Below, piece by piece: positions 1-9,029 of a stretch of DNA of 64,000 nt. The stretch spans positions 9,029-73,028 of the forward strand of contig CAYWXM010000060.1 of NCBI GenBank assembly GCA_964462595.1. The letters are read 5' to 3'. Under the pieces are notes generated by a model. The model was not told the origin of the DNA, made no database searches, and saw only the letters and a list, made by a program, of their open reading frames with translations. The stretch is from an uncultured Actinomycetota bacterium (GTDB lineage: Bacteria; Actinomycetota; Geothermincolia; Geothermincolales; RBG-13-55-18). Both the position numbers and the translations under genes were made by a program. Positions within the stretch are counted from its first letter, which is position 1, and each line of letters begins with the position of its first letter.

Positions 1-49
1 GTACAACGTCGCCGCCAGGGTCAGCACCGATTTCATCACGGACCCCGGG

Positions 50-610
50 ATGGCCATCCTTCTCTCCATAGTGACCTGCGGCATCTACGGCTTTTACATC
101 ATCTACAAGCTGGTGCAGAGGAGGGACGAACACTTCAGACGCATGTCGGCGGTGGCGGATGCCTCCATCGCGCAACTCAAGGTAAAGGCGCAGGGGAGAG
201 AGGACGCCATAGCGGCCGAACTCACCCAGCTGGAGCAGATCCGCATGCGCATGGCCACCATGGCGGCGGAGAGAGGGGCGGCGATCTGGCTGCTCATATG
301 CATCTTCACTGGAGTGGGATCTCTGATACTCTACTATCTGCTCATGCAGGATTACGTGGAACACGACGAGGTCGAGTCGCAGTTCTTCACCCTTATGAGC
401 GGCGCCCTGGCCAAACTGGGGCTGTCGGGACAGGCTGGACAGGCGGTCCCCTCGGTACCCAGGAGGGAGTACGTCACCTTCCTGATCCTGACCATCGTCA
501 CCTGCGGCATCTACGGTATTTACTGGATGTACGTGATGATCAAGGACTTCAACGAACATTTCCTGGCTCAGGTGCCCTGGGAGGATTTCCTCCTCCAGGC
601 CCTGCAGTGA
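50..610 (+). CDS. DUF4234-type membrane protein (two tandem 'TCGIYG(F/I)Y' repeats); may extend upstream of window start
   Basis: Two copies of the TCGIYGxY..YK/W motif flanking hydrophobic segments; in-frame open sequence continues to nt 2 so the 5' end may be truncated. Confidence 0.55.
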   Translation: MAILLSIVTCGIYGFYIIYKLVQRRDEHFRRMSAVADASIAQLKVKAQGREDAIAAELTQLEQIRMRMATMAAERGAAIWLLICIFTGVGSLILYYLLMQDYVEHDEVESQFFTLMSGALAKLGLSGQAGQAVPSVPRREYVTFLILTIVTCGIYGIYWMYVMIKDFNEHFLAQVPWEDFLLQALQ

Positions 611-708
611 TGGAGACGCCGCGGCCGTGTCTCTTTCCGCGCGTTCCAGCTCGTGGTGGTCCCGAGACGGATACGCTGGAGCGGCAGGCAGCAGGTGGAA
701 GGCGGGAT

Positions 709-1509
709 TTATATCGGCAGCCAGATGGCGAGGGCGATAACCGCGGCGACGACGACAAGGGAAGCGAACCCCGCGATGCCGAAACGGGAGTCGCGGTAGC
801 GGGAACGTTCCCTTCCGCCCCGGTAGCCCCGGGAGGCGAGGGCCGTTCCCAGTTCTTCCGCGTCACGGAAGCAGCCGCTGAAAAGGGGCACGAACAGAGG
901 CGGCAGGGAGCGCGCTCGGCGCAGCAGGCGCCCGCTGGAAAAATCCGCTCCGCGAGCTTCCTGGACCATGGCGACCTCTGCAGAGCGGCCGAGCATCACG
1001 GGCAGGAATCGCAGGGCCATGGCGAGGATAATCGCCGTTTCCTGCACCGGGAATCCGACAAAGCGCAATGGGTACATGAGGCCCTCAAGGCCCGTAAGGA
1101 GCTCCAACGGGTTCGTGGTCATGGTGAGCACGCAGATCAGGATAACCGCCATCACCAGGCGCACGGAATAGAGCAGGCCGTTCTGAATCCCGGTATTGGT
1201 GATGCTGAAAGGGCCCCACTCCCAGAGTACCCGGCCGGGAGAGAAGAAAAGCTGGGCCAGGGCGGTGACGAGAAGAAGGATGAGCACGGAGCGCAGCGCC
1301 TTCAGTACCTGCAGCGGGGGGAGCTTGGCTGCGTATATGACCAGCAGCGCAAAGAGCAGGAGCACGAGCACGCCCGCGGCGCTGTCGGCCGCGAAAGCGC
1401 CGCCTATCAGGGCCAGGGCACAGATGATCTTGGCGCGCGCATCCAGGCTGTGGATCGGTGAGGCGATGGTGTAATGCTGCCCCAGGCTGACGCGGTTGAA
1501 GTCCCTCAT
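709..1509 (-). CDS. ecfT: ECF transporter transmembrane (T) component EcfT/CbiQ family
   Basis: 266 aa polytopic membrane protein with CbiQ-like conserved Arg-rich cytoplasmic loop; 4-nt overlap with upstream ABC ATPase gene. Confidence 0.8.
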   Translation of the reverse strand: MRDFNRVSLGQHYTIASPIHSLDARAKIICALALIGGAFAADSAAGVLVLLLFALLVIYAAKLPPLQVLKALRSVLILLLVTALAQLFFSPGRVLWEWGPFSITNTGIQNGLLYSVRLVMAVILICVLTMTTNPLELLTGLEGLMYPLRFVGFPVQETAIILAMALRFLPVMLGRSAEVAMVQEARGADFSSGRLLRRARSLPPLFVPLFSGCFRDAEELGTALASRGYRGGRERSRYRDSRFGIAGFASLVVVAAVIALAIWLPI

Positions 1510-2360
1510 CCCGGTCCCCTCCCCAGGGCATCACGGATGAGCGAGGCGGCTTCCGAGGGAGAGTGAATGCCGTGGGGGAGGTCGAGCCCGCAAAGGCGCA
1601 ACTCCTCGAAGACCGCGACCAGGGCTGGTGGCCGCAACCCGGCGGCCTCGAGCTCGCCCACCGCCGTGAGCACCATTTCCTTTTCCCCCTGCAGGGAGAT
1701 CCGCCCACGCGAGAGCACGGCGACCCGGTCGGCCAGCAGCCCCATCTCCTCCCAGTCGTGGGTGACCAGGAGCACACCGATCCCGCGGGCACGCAGCTCC
1801 GACAGGATGCAATAGAGATGTTCTCGGCCCGGCATGTCGAGGCCCGAGGAGGGCTCGTCCATGAACAGGTATGCGGGCCGCATGGCCAGCACCCCGGCCA
1901 GCGCGGCGCGGCGCATCTCGCCCTCGCTAAGGGAGAACGGCGAACGGGAGGAATACGTTTCCGGGTCCAGCCCCACAGCCGTGAGGGACTCGCTTACCAC
2001 CGCCGCCAGTTCATCGCCGCGCCATCCACGGTTACGGGGCCCGAAGGCCACGTCTTTTTCCACCGTTTCCGCGAAGAGCTGCTTTTCCGGGGACTGCAGC
2101 AATATGGCGGCGGCCTCTTTCAGGGCGCGTGCTCCTGAACGGCCCTCGAGGCGCTCGCCGTCCAGGGATATCGTCCCGCGGGTAGCCCGCAGCAGGCCGC
2201 ACATGACGTGCACTAGCGTGGATTTGCCGGCTCCCGTCCTGCCCGCGAGGCACAGGATCTCTCCCTTCCTCAGCTCGAGGTCGATCGACGAAAGCACCTC
2301 CCTGGCCATGGGGGTGCCGGGAAGGTAGGTAAAACCCGTGTCCTTCAGCGTGATGCCCAC
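1506..2360 (-). CDS. ecfA2: ECF transporter ATPase component EcfA2 (ABC ATPase)
   Basis: Walker A GRTGAGKST, ABC signature LSEGEMRR, Walker B LFMDEP; operon position before ecfT. Confidence 0.8.
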   Translation of the reverse strand: MGITLKDTGFTYLPGTPMAREVLSSIDLELRKGEILCLAGRTGAGKSTLVHVMCGLLRATRGTISLDGERLEGRSGARALKEAAAILLQSPEKQLFAETVEKDVAFGPRNRGWRGDELAAVVSESLTAVGLDPETYSSRSPFSLSEGEMRRAALAGVLAMRPAYLFMDEPSSGLDMPGREHLYCILSELRARGIGVLLVTHDWEEMGLLADRVAVLSRGRISLQGEKEMVLTAVGELEAAGLRPPALVAVFEELRLCGLDLPHGIHSPSEAASLIRDALGRGPG

Positions 2361-3196
2361 AGCCGTTCCGCCACCTCCCCCGCCTCCATTGCTTGATCCC
2401 CGACCGGTAACCCGCGCCGCTCAAGCTCACATGCCAGCAGGTACAGATCCGGCGGGCGGAGGCCGTATTTACCGCTTAACCCCTCGTCCCTGAAGACCTC
2501 GCGCGGGTCGCCGGCAAAAAGAAGGCGCCCGCTGCCCAGAAGGAGCAAGCGGTCGGCCGCCAGCATCTCCTCCGGGCGGTGGGTGGCGTGTATCACGGCT
2601 ACCCCCAGATCATCCCGCAGCCTCTTGAAAAGGGCGATCAACTCCGAACGGGTCGGAGGGTCGAGCATGGATGTCGACTCGTCGGAAACGAGCATGCGCG
2701 GATGCATGGCCAGCGCTCCCGCCACCACAAGGCGTTTTTTCTCGCCCAGGGACAGGAGGTGCGGTTCGCGGAAGCGCAGCGCCGTGAGGCCCATGGTCTC
2801 CATGGCTTCCTCCACGCGCATGCGCATCTCCTCGCGGGAGAGCCCCAGGTTCTCGGGGCCGAAGGCCACGTCGTCCTCCACCGTGGGTCCCACGATCTGG
2901 TTGTCCGGATTCTGCATGATCAGCCCCACGCTGCTGCGTATATCGGCCAGGTTCTCCGGGAGAGCGGTGTCCAGCCCGCACGAGACTACCCTTCCACGCG
3001 TGGGGAGTATGAGGGCGTTGAGAAGCCTGCACAGCGTGGACTTGCCCGAGCCGTTCATCCCCGCCAGCGCCACGAACTCCCCCTGCCTTACCTGCAGGGA
3101 GATCTTATCCAGGGCGGGGACGGGGTCGTTTTCCCTGCCCGGGTAGATAAAGGTAACGTCCTCGCAGATCGCGGCGACGCATCCGGGCTCATACAA
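2345..3196 (-). CDS. ecfA1: ECF transporter ATPase component EcfA1 (ABC ATPase)
   Basis: Walker A GMNGSGKST, signature LSLGEKKR, Walker B LVSDEST; overlaps ecfA2 by 16 nt. Confidence 0.8.
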   Translation of the reverse strand: MYEPGCVAAICEDVTFIYPGRENDPVPALDKISLQVRQGEFVALAGMNGSGKSTLCRLLNALILPTRGRVVSCGLDTALPENLADIRSSVGLIMQNPDNQIVGPTVEDDVAFGPENLGLSREEMRMRVEEAMETMGLTALRFREPHLLSLGEKKRLVVAGALAMHPRMLVSDESTSMLDPPTRSELIALFKRLRDDLGVAVIHATHRPEEMLAADRLLLLGSGRLLFAGDPREVFRDEGLSGKYGLRPPDLYLLACELERRGLPVGDQAMEAGEVAERLWASR

Positions 3197-3197
3197 C

Positions 3198-3764
3198 TCA
3201 GGTCACCTCCCCGGGCAGTGTGCGCCCAAGCGAGAGGACCAGCCTGCGCGCGGCCAGGCCGATGAAAATACCTGTGGGTAGGGCAATCAGCAGCAGGTAG
3301 GGGAGATAATACTTCAAGCCCGGGAAACCTACAAGCCACATGGCGACCGCGAGTTGCGTGGCGTTGTGGGTGACCGCGCCGGCGATGCTTATACCGGTGA
3401 GGCTGAAAGCCCGGGGCCCGAGCCCGTAAAGGGCGGCCATGACCAGTGTGGCGGCCGTTCCCGCCACAAGGCTGAGGGTGAGCCCGACAAAACTGCCGCG
3501 CAGCAGACCTCCCAGCAGGCAGCGCAGGACGTTCACCACCAGGGCCTCCCACGGGCCGAGGGCAACCAGCGCGATCACCGTGGCCAGGTTGGCCAGGCCC
3601 AGTTTGGCTCCGGGAAGGGGCAGGATGGGAGGGATGGTCCCCTCGATTATCTGCAGGACCAGGCCCAGGGCTACGAGCAGGCCTATGCGGCTCACCTGGT
3701 AGGCACGGCGATCGGCGGACGGGTAAGCCGCATGCGTCCCGGGACTTTTACTGGTTGACCGCAT
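3198..3764 (-). CDS. Gx transporter family / 'heptaprenyl diphosphate synthase component I'-like membrane protein (putative ECF S-like component); start uncertain (ORF open to 3785)
   Basis: ~185 aa, 5–6 TM helices, Gly/Ala-rich helices typical of PF07456 family; sits directly upstream of ecfA1-ecfA2-ecfT. Confidence 0.55.
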   Translation of the reverse strand: MRSTSKSPGTHAAYPSADRRAYQVSRIGLLVALGLVLQIIEGTIPPILPLPGAKLGLANLATVIALVALGPWEALVVNVLRCLLGGLLRGSFVGLTLSLVAGTAATLVMAALYGLGPRAFSLTGISIAGAVTHNATQLAVAMWLVGFPGLKYYLPYLLLIALPTGIFIGLAARRLVLSLGRTLPGEVT

Positions 3765-4197
3765 CCGGTCCCCCGTCGCCGCCAACTACCTCGATGACCA
3801 CGCGGTTGGGAAGGCAGACGATGCTCTTTCCCGGGCTGGATATCCAGCCGGTCTTCACGCACAGCTTGTCGGGGCAGGCGGAATCGATCATGCGCACCCG
3901 GCCCCCGCTTATCTCCACCAGGCTGTCGCCCTGGTAACCCCTGACGGTCAGTTCCTGCTCCCCTCCCGTGAGGGGGACCTCCCGGACCACCTGGCCGTTC
4001 ACGGAGATCACCGCCTTCATGCTTCCGCCACCCCCGGCTTCCGTAATGCCCTGGAGGATGAGGAAGACGCTCAGGGCCACCACCGCGGCCGCGATAAGGA
4101 CGTCGCCGGGAGCCCACCAGCGTCTTGCGCTGGGGCGCTGCCGGGCACGGCTGCCCGTATCGTGAGCTGGACCTCGCTCCATAACACCCGCTTTCAT
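3748..4197 (-). CDS. NusG domain II-containing protein (DUF1312)
   Basis: N-terminal TM anchor then motif ...VISVNGQVVREVPL...VEISGGRVRMIDSACPDKLCVKTGWISSPGKSIVCLPNRVVIEVVG (CPDKxC...WI..PG.sIvCLPN) characteristic of NusG_II. Confidence 0.7.
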   Translation of the reverse strand: MKAGVMERGPAHDTGSRARQRPSARRWWAPGDVLIAAAVVALSVFLILQGITEAGGGGSMKAVISVNGQVVREVPLTGGEQELTVRGYQGDSLVEISGGRVRMIDSACPDKLCVKTGWISSPGKSIVCLPNRVVIEVVGGDGGPDAVNQ

Positions 4198-4561
4198 GCC
4201 GGACCCGCGCTGCTCAGGTCCTCCCTCTTTTTCACTCTCTATATATTAGCGTTTCTCCGCGGTAAATGTGCCCGGGCGTATGCGGCTTGAAGGCGGTGCT
4301 ATCCGCTGCCCTGGCCTGGACCGGCACCGGCGACCCTTTTGGCAGGCCTGCAGTCTCTTCACTCGCCCGGGCCGGGTCGGGAGCCGCCCTCATCTTCCTG
4401 GCCCCGGGGGCTTCTCTCCGCGGGCTCGCTGTGGGATGCGCCGCGGGGGGGACGGACGGTGAAGCCCGGGTCTCACGGGAGAGCCTTTTGGCTGGCATTA
4501 TATGGATGTGAATGCTGGATTGAAGGCCTGACGCGTTTCGGTCTTTCCTCGAGCGTGTCTC

Positions 4562-5485
4562 ATGCATATAATCATGGCTATGGATGTCAAGGAAGCAAAC
4601 CTGGTATTTCACAACGAGACCGCCTGTGAATACGACAAGAAATGGGCCATACGCTTCGACGCGGACATGGCGGAGTTCGTGCTCTCCAAGTTCGAGCTGG
4701 GGCTGGGCGGGCCTTTCCCGCGCGACGTCCGCATCATGGAGATAGGGTGCGGCACCGGTTATGCCATGCTCAACCTGGGCCTGGCCGGCGTGCTCGAGGA
4801 AGCCTGGGGCTGCGATATATCCCAGGGGATGCTGGACGTGTGCCAGGACAACGCGGACAACCTGGGCATAAAAGTCCACCTGCAGCAGGCCGACGCGGAA
4901 CGGCTGCCCTACGAGGATAATACCTTCGACCTGGTGATCGGACATGCCGTCCTGCACCACCTGCCCGATCTGGACACGTCTTTTCGCGAGATACAGCGCG
5001 TGCTCAAGCCCGGCGGCAAGTGCGTGGTGGCGGGAGAACCAACCGTGGTGGGGCACCGCCTCGCCCGGATGGCCAAGGCCACCTCGTCCTTCGCGATCAA
5101 GTGGTACGCACGGTTTGGCGGCAGGTTGGGGAAGAAGAAGATAGCGCTGCGGCGCTACGATGCCTCCGCCTCACCCGAGGACCACGAGCTGCAGGAGCTG
5201 GAATTCATGGTGGATATCCACAATTTCCGCCCCGGCGAGCTATGCGACATGGCGAGCAAGGCGGGCTTCTCGAAAGTGCGCTTCGAATCCGAGGAACTCA
5301 TCTCCAGTTTCATCGGCTGGATCTTCCGCACCGTGGAGGGCAGCGTGAGCGAGGACAACATCAGCGATCGCTGGCGCTGGGGAGCGTACAACACCTATAA
5401 GCGGGTGAGGAGCTGGGACCAGAAGCTCTACCCCTACCTGCCCCGAGGCTGGTTCTACAACCTCATAGTTTACCTGGAGAACTGA
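4562..5485 (+). CDS. class I SAM-dependent methyltransferase (Methyltransf_11-like)
   Basis: Motif I MEIGCGTGY, motif post-I CDISQGML, LKPGGKCVV; divergent from ECF operon. Confidence 0.75.
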   Translation: MHIIMAMDVKEANLVFHNETACEYDKKWAIRFDADMAEFVLSKFELGLGGPFPRDVRIMEIGCGTGYAMLNLGLAGVLEEAWGCDISQGMLDVCQDNADNLGIKVHLQQADAERLPYEDNTFDLVIGHAVLHHLPDLDTSFREIQRVLKPGGKCVVAGEPTVVGHRLARMAKATSSFAIKWYARFGGRLGKKKIALRRYDASASPEDHELQELEFMVDIHNFRPGELCDMASKAGFSKVRFESEELISSFIGWIFRTVEGSVSEDNISDRWRWGAYNTYKRVRSWDQKLYPYLPRGWFYNLIVYLEN

Positions 5486-5661
5486 GCATCTTCTCCGTCG
5501 GGTCCGGCTGCGCGGGCAGTGGGTTAAGCGCCGGTCGCGCCCCGGGGAGACGATCCGGCGACAGCGGTGATGGGCATGGCTTCGAGCGGGGTGAGCGGGA
5601 AAACCGGCTTGTGTCGGGCATACCGTCACCTTATCTTTATCACGGGGATGGAGAGACGGCT

Positions 5662-6399
5662 ATGAAAGACGGGATGGTAGAGGCCCTGCGCGAGGTGGAG
5701 AAGGGATCGCGACTGGAGAGCGGCGGCGCGGCAAGACCGCGCGGCTGGTCCTGGATCAGGCTCACTTTTGACTTCGTGCGCGATAAGCGCATGTACGGTC
5801 CCCGTTACTGGCGCTGGCTCTACCGTTTCCTCCGCTTCAAGGTGCTGCATCCGCGGGTGAAGACGGAGGGGTTTATCTTCCTGCCCCGCCGCTACCAGGT
5901 GGTGGTGAGAAAAGGCGCCTCCATACGCATCGGACGCTGGGTATGGATCGGGACCAATAACGCCCTGCGCTGTCACGAAGGCGAACTCTACGTCGGCGAT
6001 AACACCATCTTCGGCACCGACAACACCGTCAATTGCTATACGGGAATATATATCGGGCCGGAATGCCTGTTCGCCGATTCCGTGTATATCGTGGACTTCG
6101 ACCACAACTACTGGGACCCGGTCGTCTCCATCCGTTCCCAGGGAATCACCAAGAAGCCGGTACGGCTGGAGGGAGACATATGGGTGGGGGAGAAGACCTC
6201 CATACTGCGCGGCGTGACCGTGGGCAGGGGCTCGGTGATCGGGGCCTTGAGCCTGGTAAACCGCGACGTGCCTCCCTACGCGGTGGTCGGAGGTGTCCCC
6301 GCCCGGGTGCTGGGCTGGAGGCCAAGGCCGGTCGCCGCGGGGGAAAGCGGCGTTGGAAAGGGATCTTCCCCGGAGGGGGAGACGCGGTCTGGAGGGTAA
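5662..6399 (+). CDS. left-handed beta-helix (hexapeptide-repeat) acyl/acetyltransferase; ORF open from 5611, start chosen at MKDG with GGAGAG RBS
   Basis: Tandem hexapeptide [LIV]-G-x4 repeats (IGTNNAL, VGDNTIFG, IGPECLF, VGEKTSI, VGRGSVIGALSLV). Confidence 0.7.
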   Translation: MKDGMVEALREVEKGSRLESGGAARPRGWSWIRLTFDFVRDKRMYGPRYWRWLYRFLRFKVLHPRVKTEGFIFLPRRYQVVVRKGASIRIGRWVWIGTNNALRCHEGELYVGDNTIFGTDNTVNCYTGIYIGPECLFADSVYIVDFDHNYWDPVVSIRSQGITKKPVRLEGDIWVGEKTSILRGVTVGRGSVIGALSLVNRDVPPYAVVGGVPARVLGWRPRPVAAGESGVGKGSSPEGETRSGG

Positions 6400-6459
6400 A
6401 GGCTTGAGCTTCGGCGCCTGGCGATCGGCGACCTGGGCTTGATGGAAGGCGGGTGTAAC

Positions 6460-7476
6460 ATGAGCGATAGCGGAAGCGGGTCCGAGTTTGCCATGCCGGA
6501 GATCCGGCGCGACGAGGTGACCGGCGCCTGGTCCATCCTGGCGGTTGGCAGGTCGCGCCGGCCGGGAGCCATCCCCGGCCAGGGCGGAGGCGAACCCCAG
6601 TGCCCGTTCTGTCCCGGTAACGAGTCCCTCACGCCACCGGAGGATTGGGCCGTGGGGAGGGACGGCGGACCGCCGGACTCGCCCGGCTGGAAAGTCAGGG
6701 CGGTGCCCAACCTTTACCCGGCCCTGATGCCTGAAGCAGCAAGACGGGGTTGGAGGCGGGGAGGCAGGGTAGGCCGACCGGCACGCGGCGACCACGAGGT
6801 GATCATCAACTCGCCGGACCACTATCTTTCCCTGGGCGACATGGATGCGGAGAAAGCGAATACGCTCATGGGCGCTTGGCTCGAGCGCTACCGCCATTAC
6901 GCGGCGTTACCCGAGGTGAAGCAGGTACAGATAATCGTCAACCATAAAAGGGAGGCCGGAGCTTCCCTCGACCATCCCCACACCCAGGTCTTCGTCCTGC
7001 CCATGCCGACCAGGGCGATACTGGACGAGCTGCGCGAGGCCCGCCGCCATCGCGGCAGGGGATGCCCTCTCTGCGTGGCCGTGGAGGAAGCGCGCGAAGA
7101 CGGCAGGGTGGTGCTGGAAAACGGGAGCTGGGCCGCACTGGTCCCGTACGCGGCGCGAGCCCCTTTCGAGATGCGTTTCGTGCCCTTGCGCCACGAACCG
7201 GACTTTGGCTCAGCCGGCGCGGGTGATATGGAGGGCTTGGCCGATATACTCGCTCGCTCCTTGAAGGCCCTTTCCACCCTGTTGGGAAACCCCGCGTATA
7301 ACCTGTGGCTGCACAGCTCTCCCTGCGACGGCAAGGACTACGCCTATTACCACTGGCACGTGGAGATGATTCCCCGCATCATCACCACCGCCGGCTTCGA
7401 GCTCGCCACCGGCATGTACCTTAATATCCTCGACCCCGGGGAGGCTGCGCGCCAGCTGCGAGAGAAGCTGGGTTGA
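6460..7476 (+). CDS. galactose-1-phosphate uridylyltransferase (GalT) family HIT-like nucleotidyltransferase; start uncertain (6439/6460/6493)
   Basis: CPFCPGNE zinc motif, HPHTQV (HxHxQ) active site, second half-domain CPLC...; overall GalT two-half architecture. Confidence 0.65.
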   Translation: MSDSGSGSEFAMPEIRRDEVTGAWSILAVGRSRRPGAIPGQGGGEPQCPFCPGNESLTPPEDWAVGRDGGPPDSPGWKVRAVPNLYPALMPEAARRGWRRGGRVGRPARGDHEVIINSPDHYLSLGDMDAEKANTLMGAWLERYRHYAALPEVKQVQIIVNHKREAGASLDHPHTQVFVLPMPTRAILDELREARRHRGRGCPLCVAVEEAREDGRVVLENGSWAALVPYAARAPFEMRFVPLRHEPDFGSAGAGDMEGLADILARSLKALSTLLGNPAYNLWLHSSPCDGKDYAYYHWHVEMIPRIITTAGFELATGMYLNILDPGEAARQLREKLG

Positions 7477-7496
7477 GGCCTCGATCTCACATCGTT

Positions 7497-8906
7497 TCAG
7501 GCACCGCATGCCTGCGCGGCGGCGTGGAATTCGTGGTAGGCGCGGAGGGCGAAGCAGGCGGCGTTGGGAGTCAGGTAGGCGGGTATCCCTGCGCCATGCA
7601 GCTTCGCAACGTAGGGGGCGGTGAAGGAGCTGGGAAAGAGCACGGAAACCAGGGGCTTGGAGATGGCCGAGCGGGCTTCCAGCATCTCCTCGGTGATGGC
7701 GCCGATGAGGCCGATGTCGCCATCGCGGGAGGCGGGAGCGGAACCCACGGTCATCAGGATATCCACCCCCGGATCCCCGTCCAGTATCTTCAGGGTCTTG
7801 AGGTAATTTCCCGGTATCACGGCACCGAAGCCCAGGTCCACGGGGTTGGAGAAGGATGTGCCCTCCGAGGGCAGAAAACCCGCCATCTCCTCGCGGGTTT
7901 CCCGGCGTAGGGATGCCATCTCCAGTCCGTGCCATTCAACCGCGTCGGCGCAGTTGACCCCCAGTCCCCCAGGGGCGCTGACGATAGCGACCTTCTTTCC
8001 CAGGCACGGGGGCAGGTGATAAAGTGCGGCGGCGCAATCCAGCATCTCGGAGAGATCGCGCACCAGGATGATCCCCGCCTGGCGAGCCGCCCCCATAAAG
8101 ACCTCGGCGTTTCCGCCTAAAGCAGCTGTATGGCTGGCGGCGGCTTTGCCGCCCGAGGGTGTAAGGCCTGATTTCATGACCATAAGCGGCTTCCTGCCCT
8201 TGAGGGCGATAGCCGTCTCCAGGAAGCGGCGGGCGTCGCGCACCTCTTCGAGGTAGGCGAGGATCATGTCGGTGTGATCGTCGCTGGCGAGGTACTCCAG
8301 GTAGTCGGCGCAGTTCAGGTCGAGCTCGTTGCCGCTGGAGACGATCTTGTCGAAGAAAACGCTGCGCTCCAGAGCGGTGACGTAGGTGATACTGGAGATG
8401 CTGCCGCTCTGCGAGATCATGCTGGCTCGCCCTTCCGTGGGGAACATGCCCGCGAAAAGGGCTATCCTGCCGCGCGAGGAGAAGATGCCCATGCAGTTCG
8501 GGCCCACCAGCCTCAGCCCGCTTCCCTGCAGCGCCGCGGCTATCTCTTTCTCCAGCTGTAGCCCCTCCTCGCGCCCGGTCTCGGAGAAACCCGCGCTGTT
8601 TATGATGCACACCCCCACTCCGGAGGCGGCGCATTCGCCCACCAGTGCGGGTACGGCAGCGGGGGGTACGGCCAGTATCACGAGGTCCAGGCCTCGGGGA
8701 ACCGAGCCTATATCTGGATAGCAGCGCAGGCCCATGATCTCGTCGTGGCGTGGATTGACGGGGTAGAGCTTTCCCTGGTAACCCATGTCCTTGAAGGAGC
8801 GCAGGAAGAGGGTGCCCGGGTTGTCCATGCGTTCCGAGACGCCTACGATAGCGGCCGAGGCGGGAAAGAACACGCGGTCGAGGCTGTGTTTAAGTTCGTG
8901 ATCCAT
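7497..8906 (-). CDS. acetate--CoA ligase (ADP-forming) alpha-type subunit / NDP-forming acyl-CoA synthetase (CoA-binding + ligase-CoA domains)
   Basis: N-terminal CoA-binding Rossmann (SAAIVGVS...PVNP), succinyl-CoA-synthetase-alpha-like core with phosphohistidine loop; 469 aa = alpha domain only. Confidence 0.7.
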   Translation of the reverse strand: MDHELKHSLDRVFFPASAAIVGVSERMDNPGTLFLRSFKDMGYQGKLYPVNPRHDEIMGLRCYPDIGSVPRGLDLVILAVPPAAVPALVGECAASGVGVCIINSAGFSETGREEGLQLEKEIAAALQGSGLRLVGPNCMGIFSSRGRIALFAGMFPTEGRASMISQSGSISSITYVTALERSVFFDKIVSSGNELDLNCADYLEYLASDDHTDMILAYLEEVRDARRFLETAIALKGRKPLMVMKSGLTPSGGKAAASHTAALGGNAEVFMGAARQAGIILVRDLSEMLDCAAALYHLPPCLGKKVAIVSAPGGLGVNCADAVEWHGLEMASLRRETREEMAGFLPSEGTSFSNPVDLGFGAVIPGNYLKTLKILDGDPGVDILMTVGSAPASRDGDIGLIGAITEEMLEARSAISKPLVSVLFPSSFTAPYVAKLHGAGIPAYLTPNAACFALRAYHEFHAAAQACGA

Positions 8907-9029
8907 GCATATTCACGTCCAAGTACGCTTTCACGCCGCACGACCTGCTTCATGTCTCGGCGTGGTTCCAGACGGAGGTCGCCTTGTCGCTCCGCTCCTC
9001 GTAATACGTCTTCTAGATGCGCGGAAAGG

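Noticed and set aside
298-1461. 387-aa + strand ORF (and similar long ORFs 1085-1792-, 5626-6897-, 8745-10343+, 11306-12301+, 17180-18964-, 19002-21251-, 25045-26313-, 27231-29474-, 35682-37685-, 37747-39675-, 47197-49020-, 49204-50202-)
   Set aside because: Antisense or out-of-frame to strongly supported genes; Arg/Gly/Pro/His-rich low-complexity translations typical of stop-poor shadow frames in high-GC DNA; no domain signatures.
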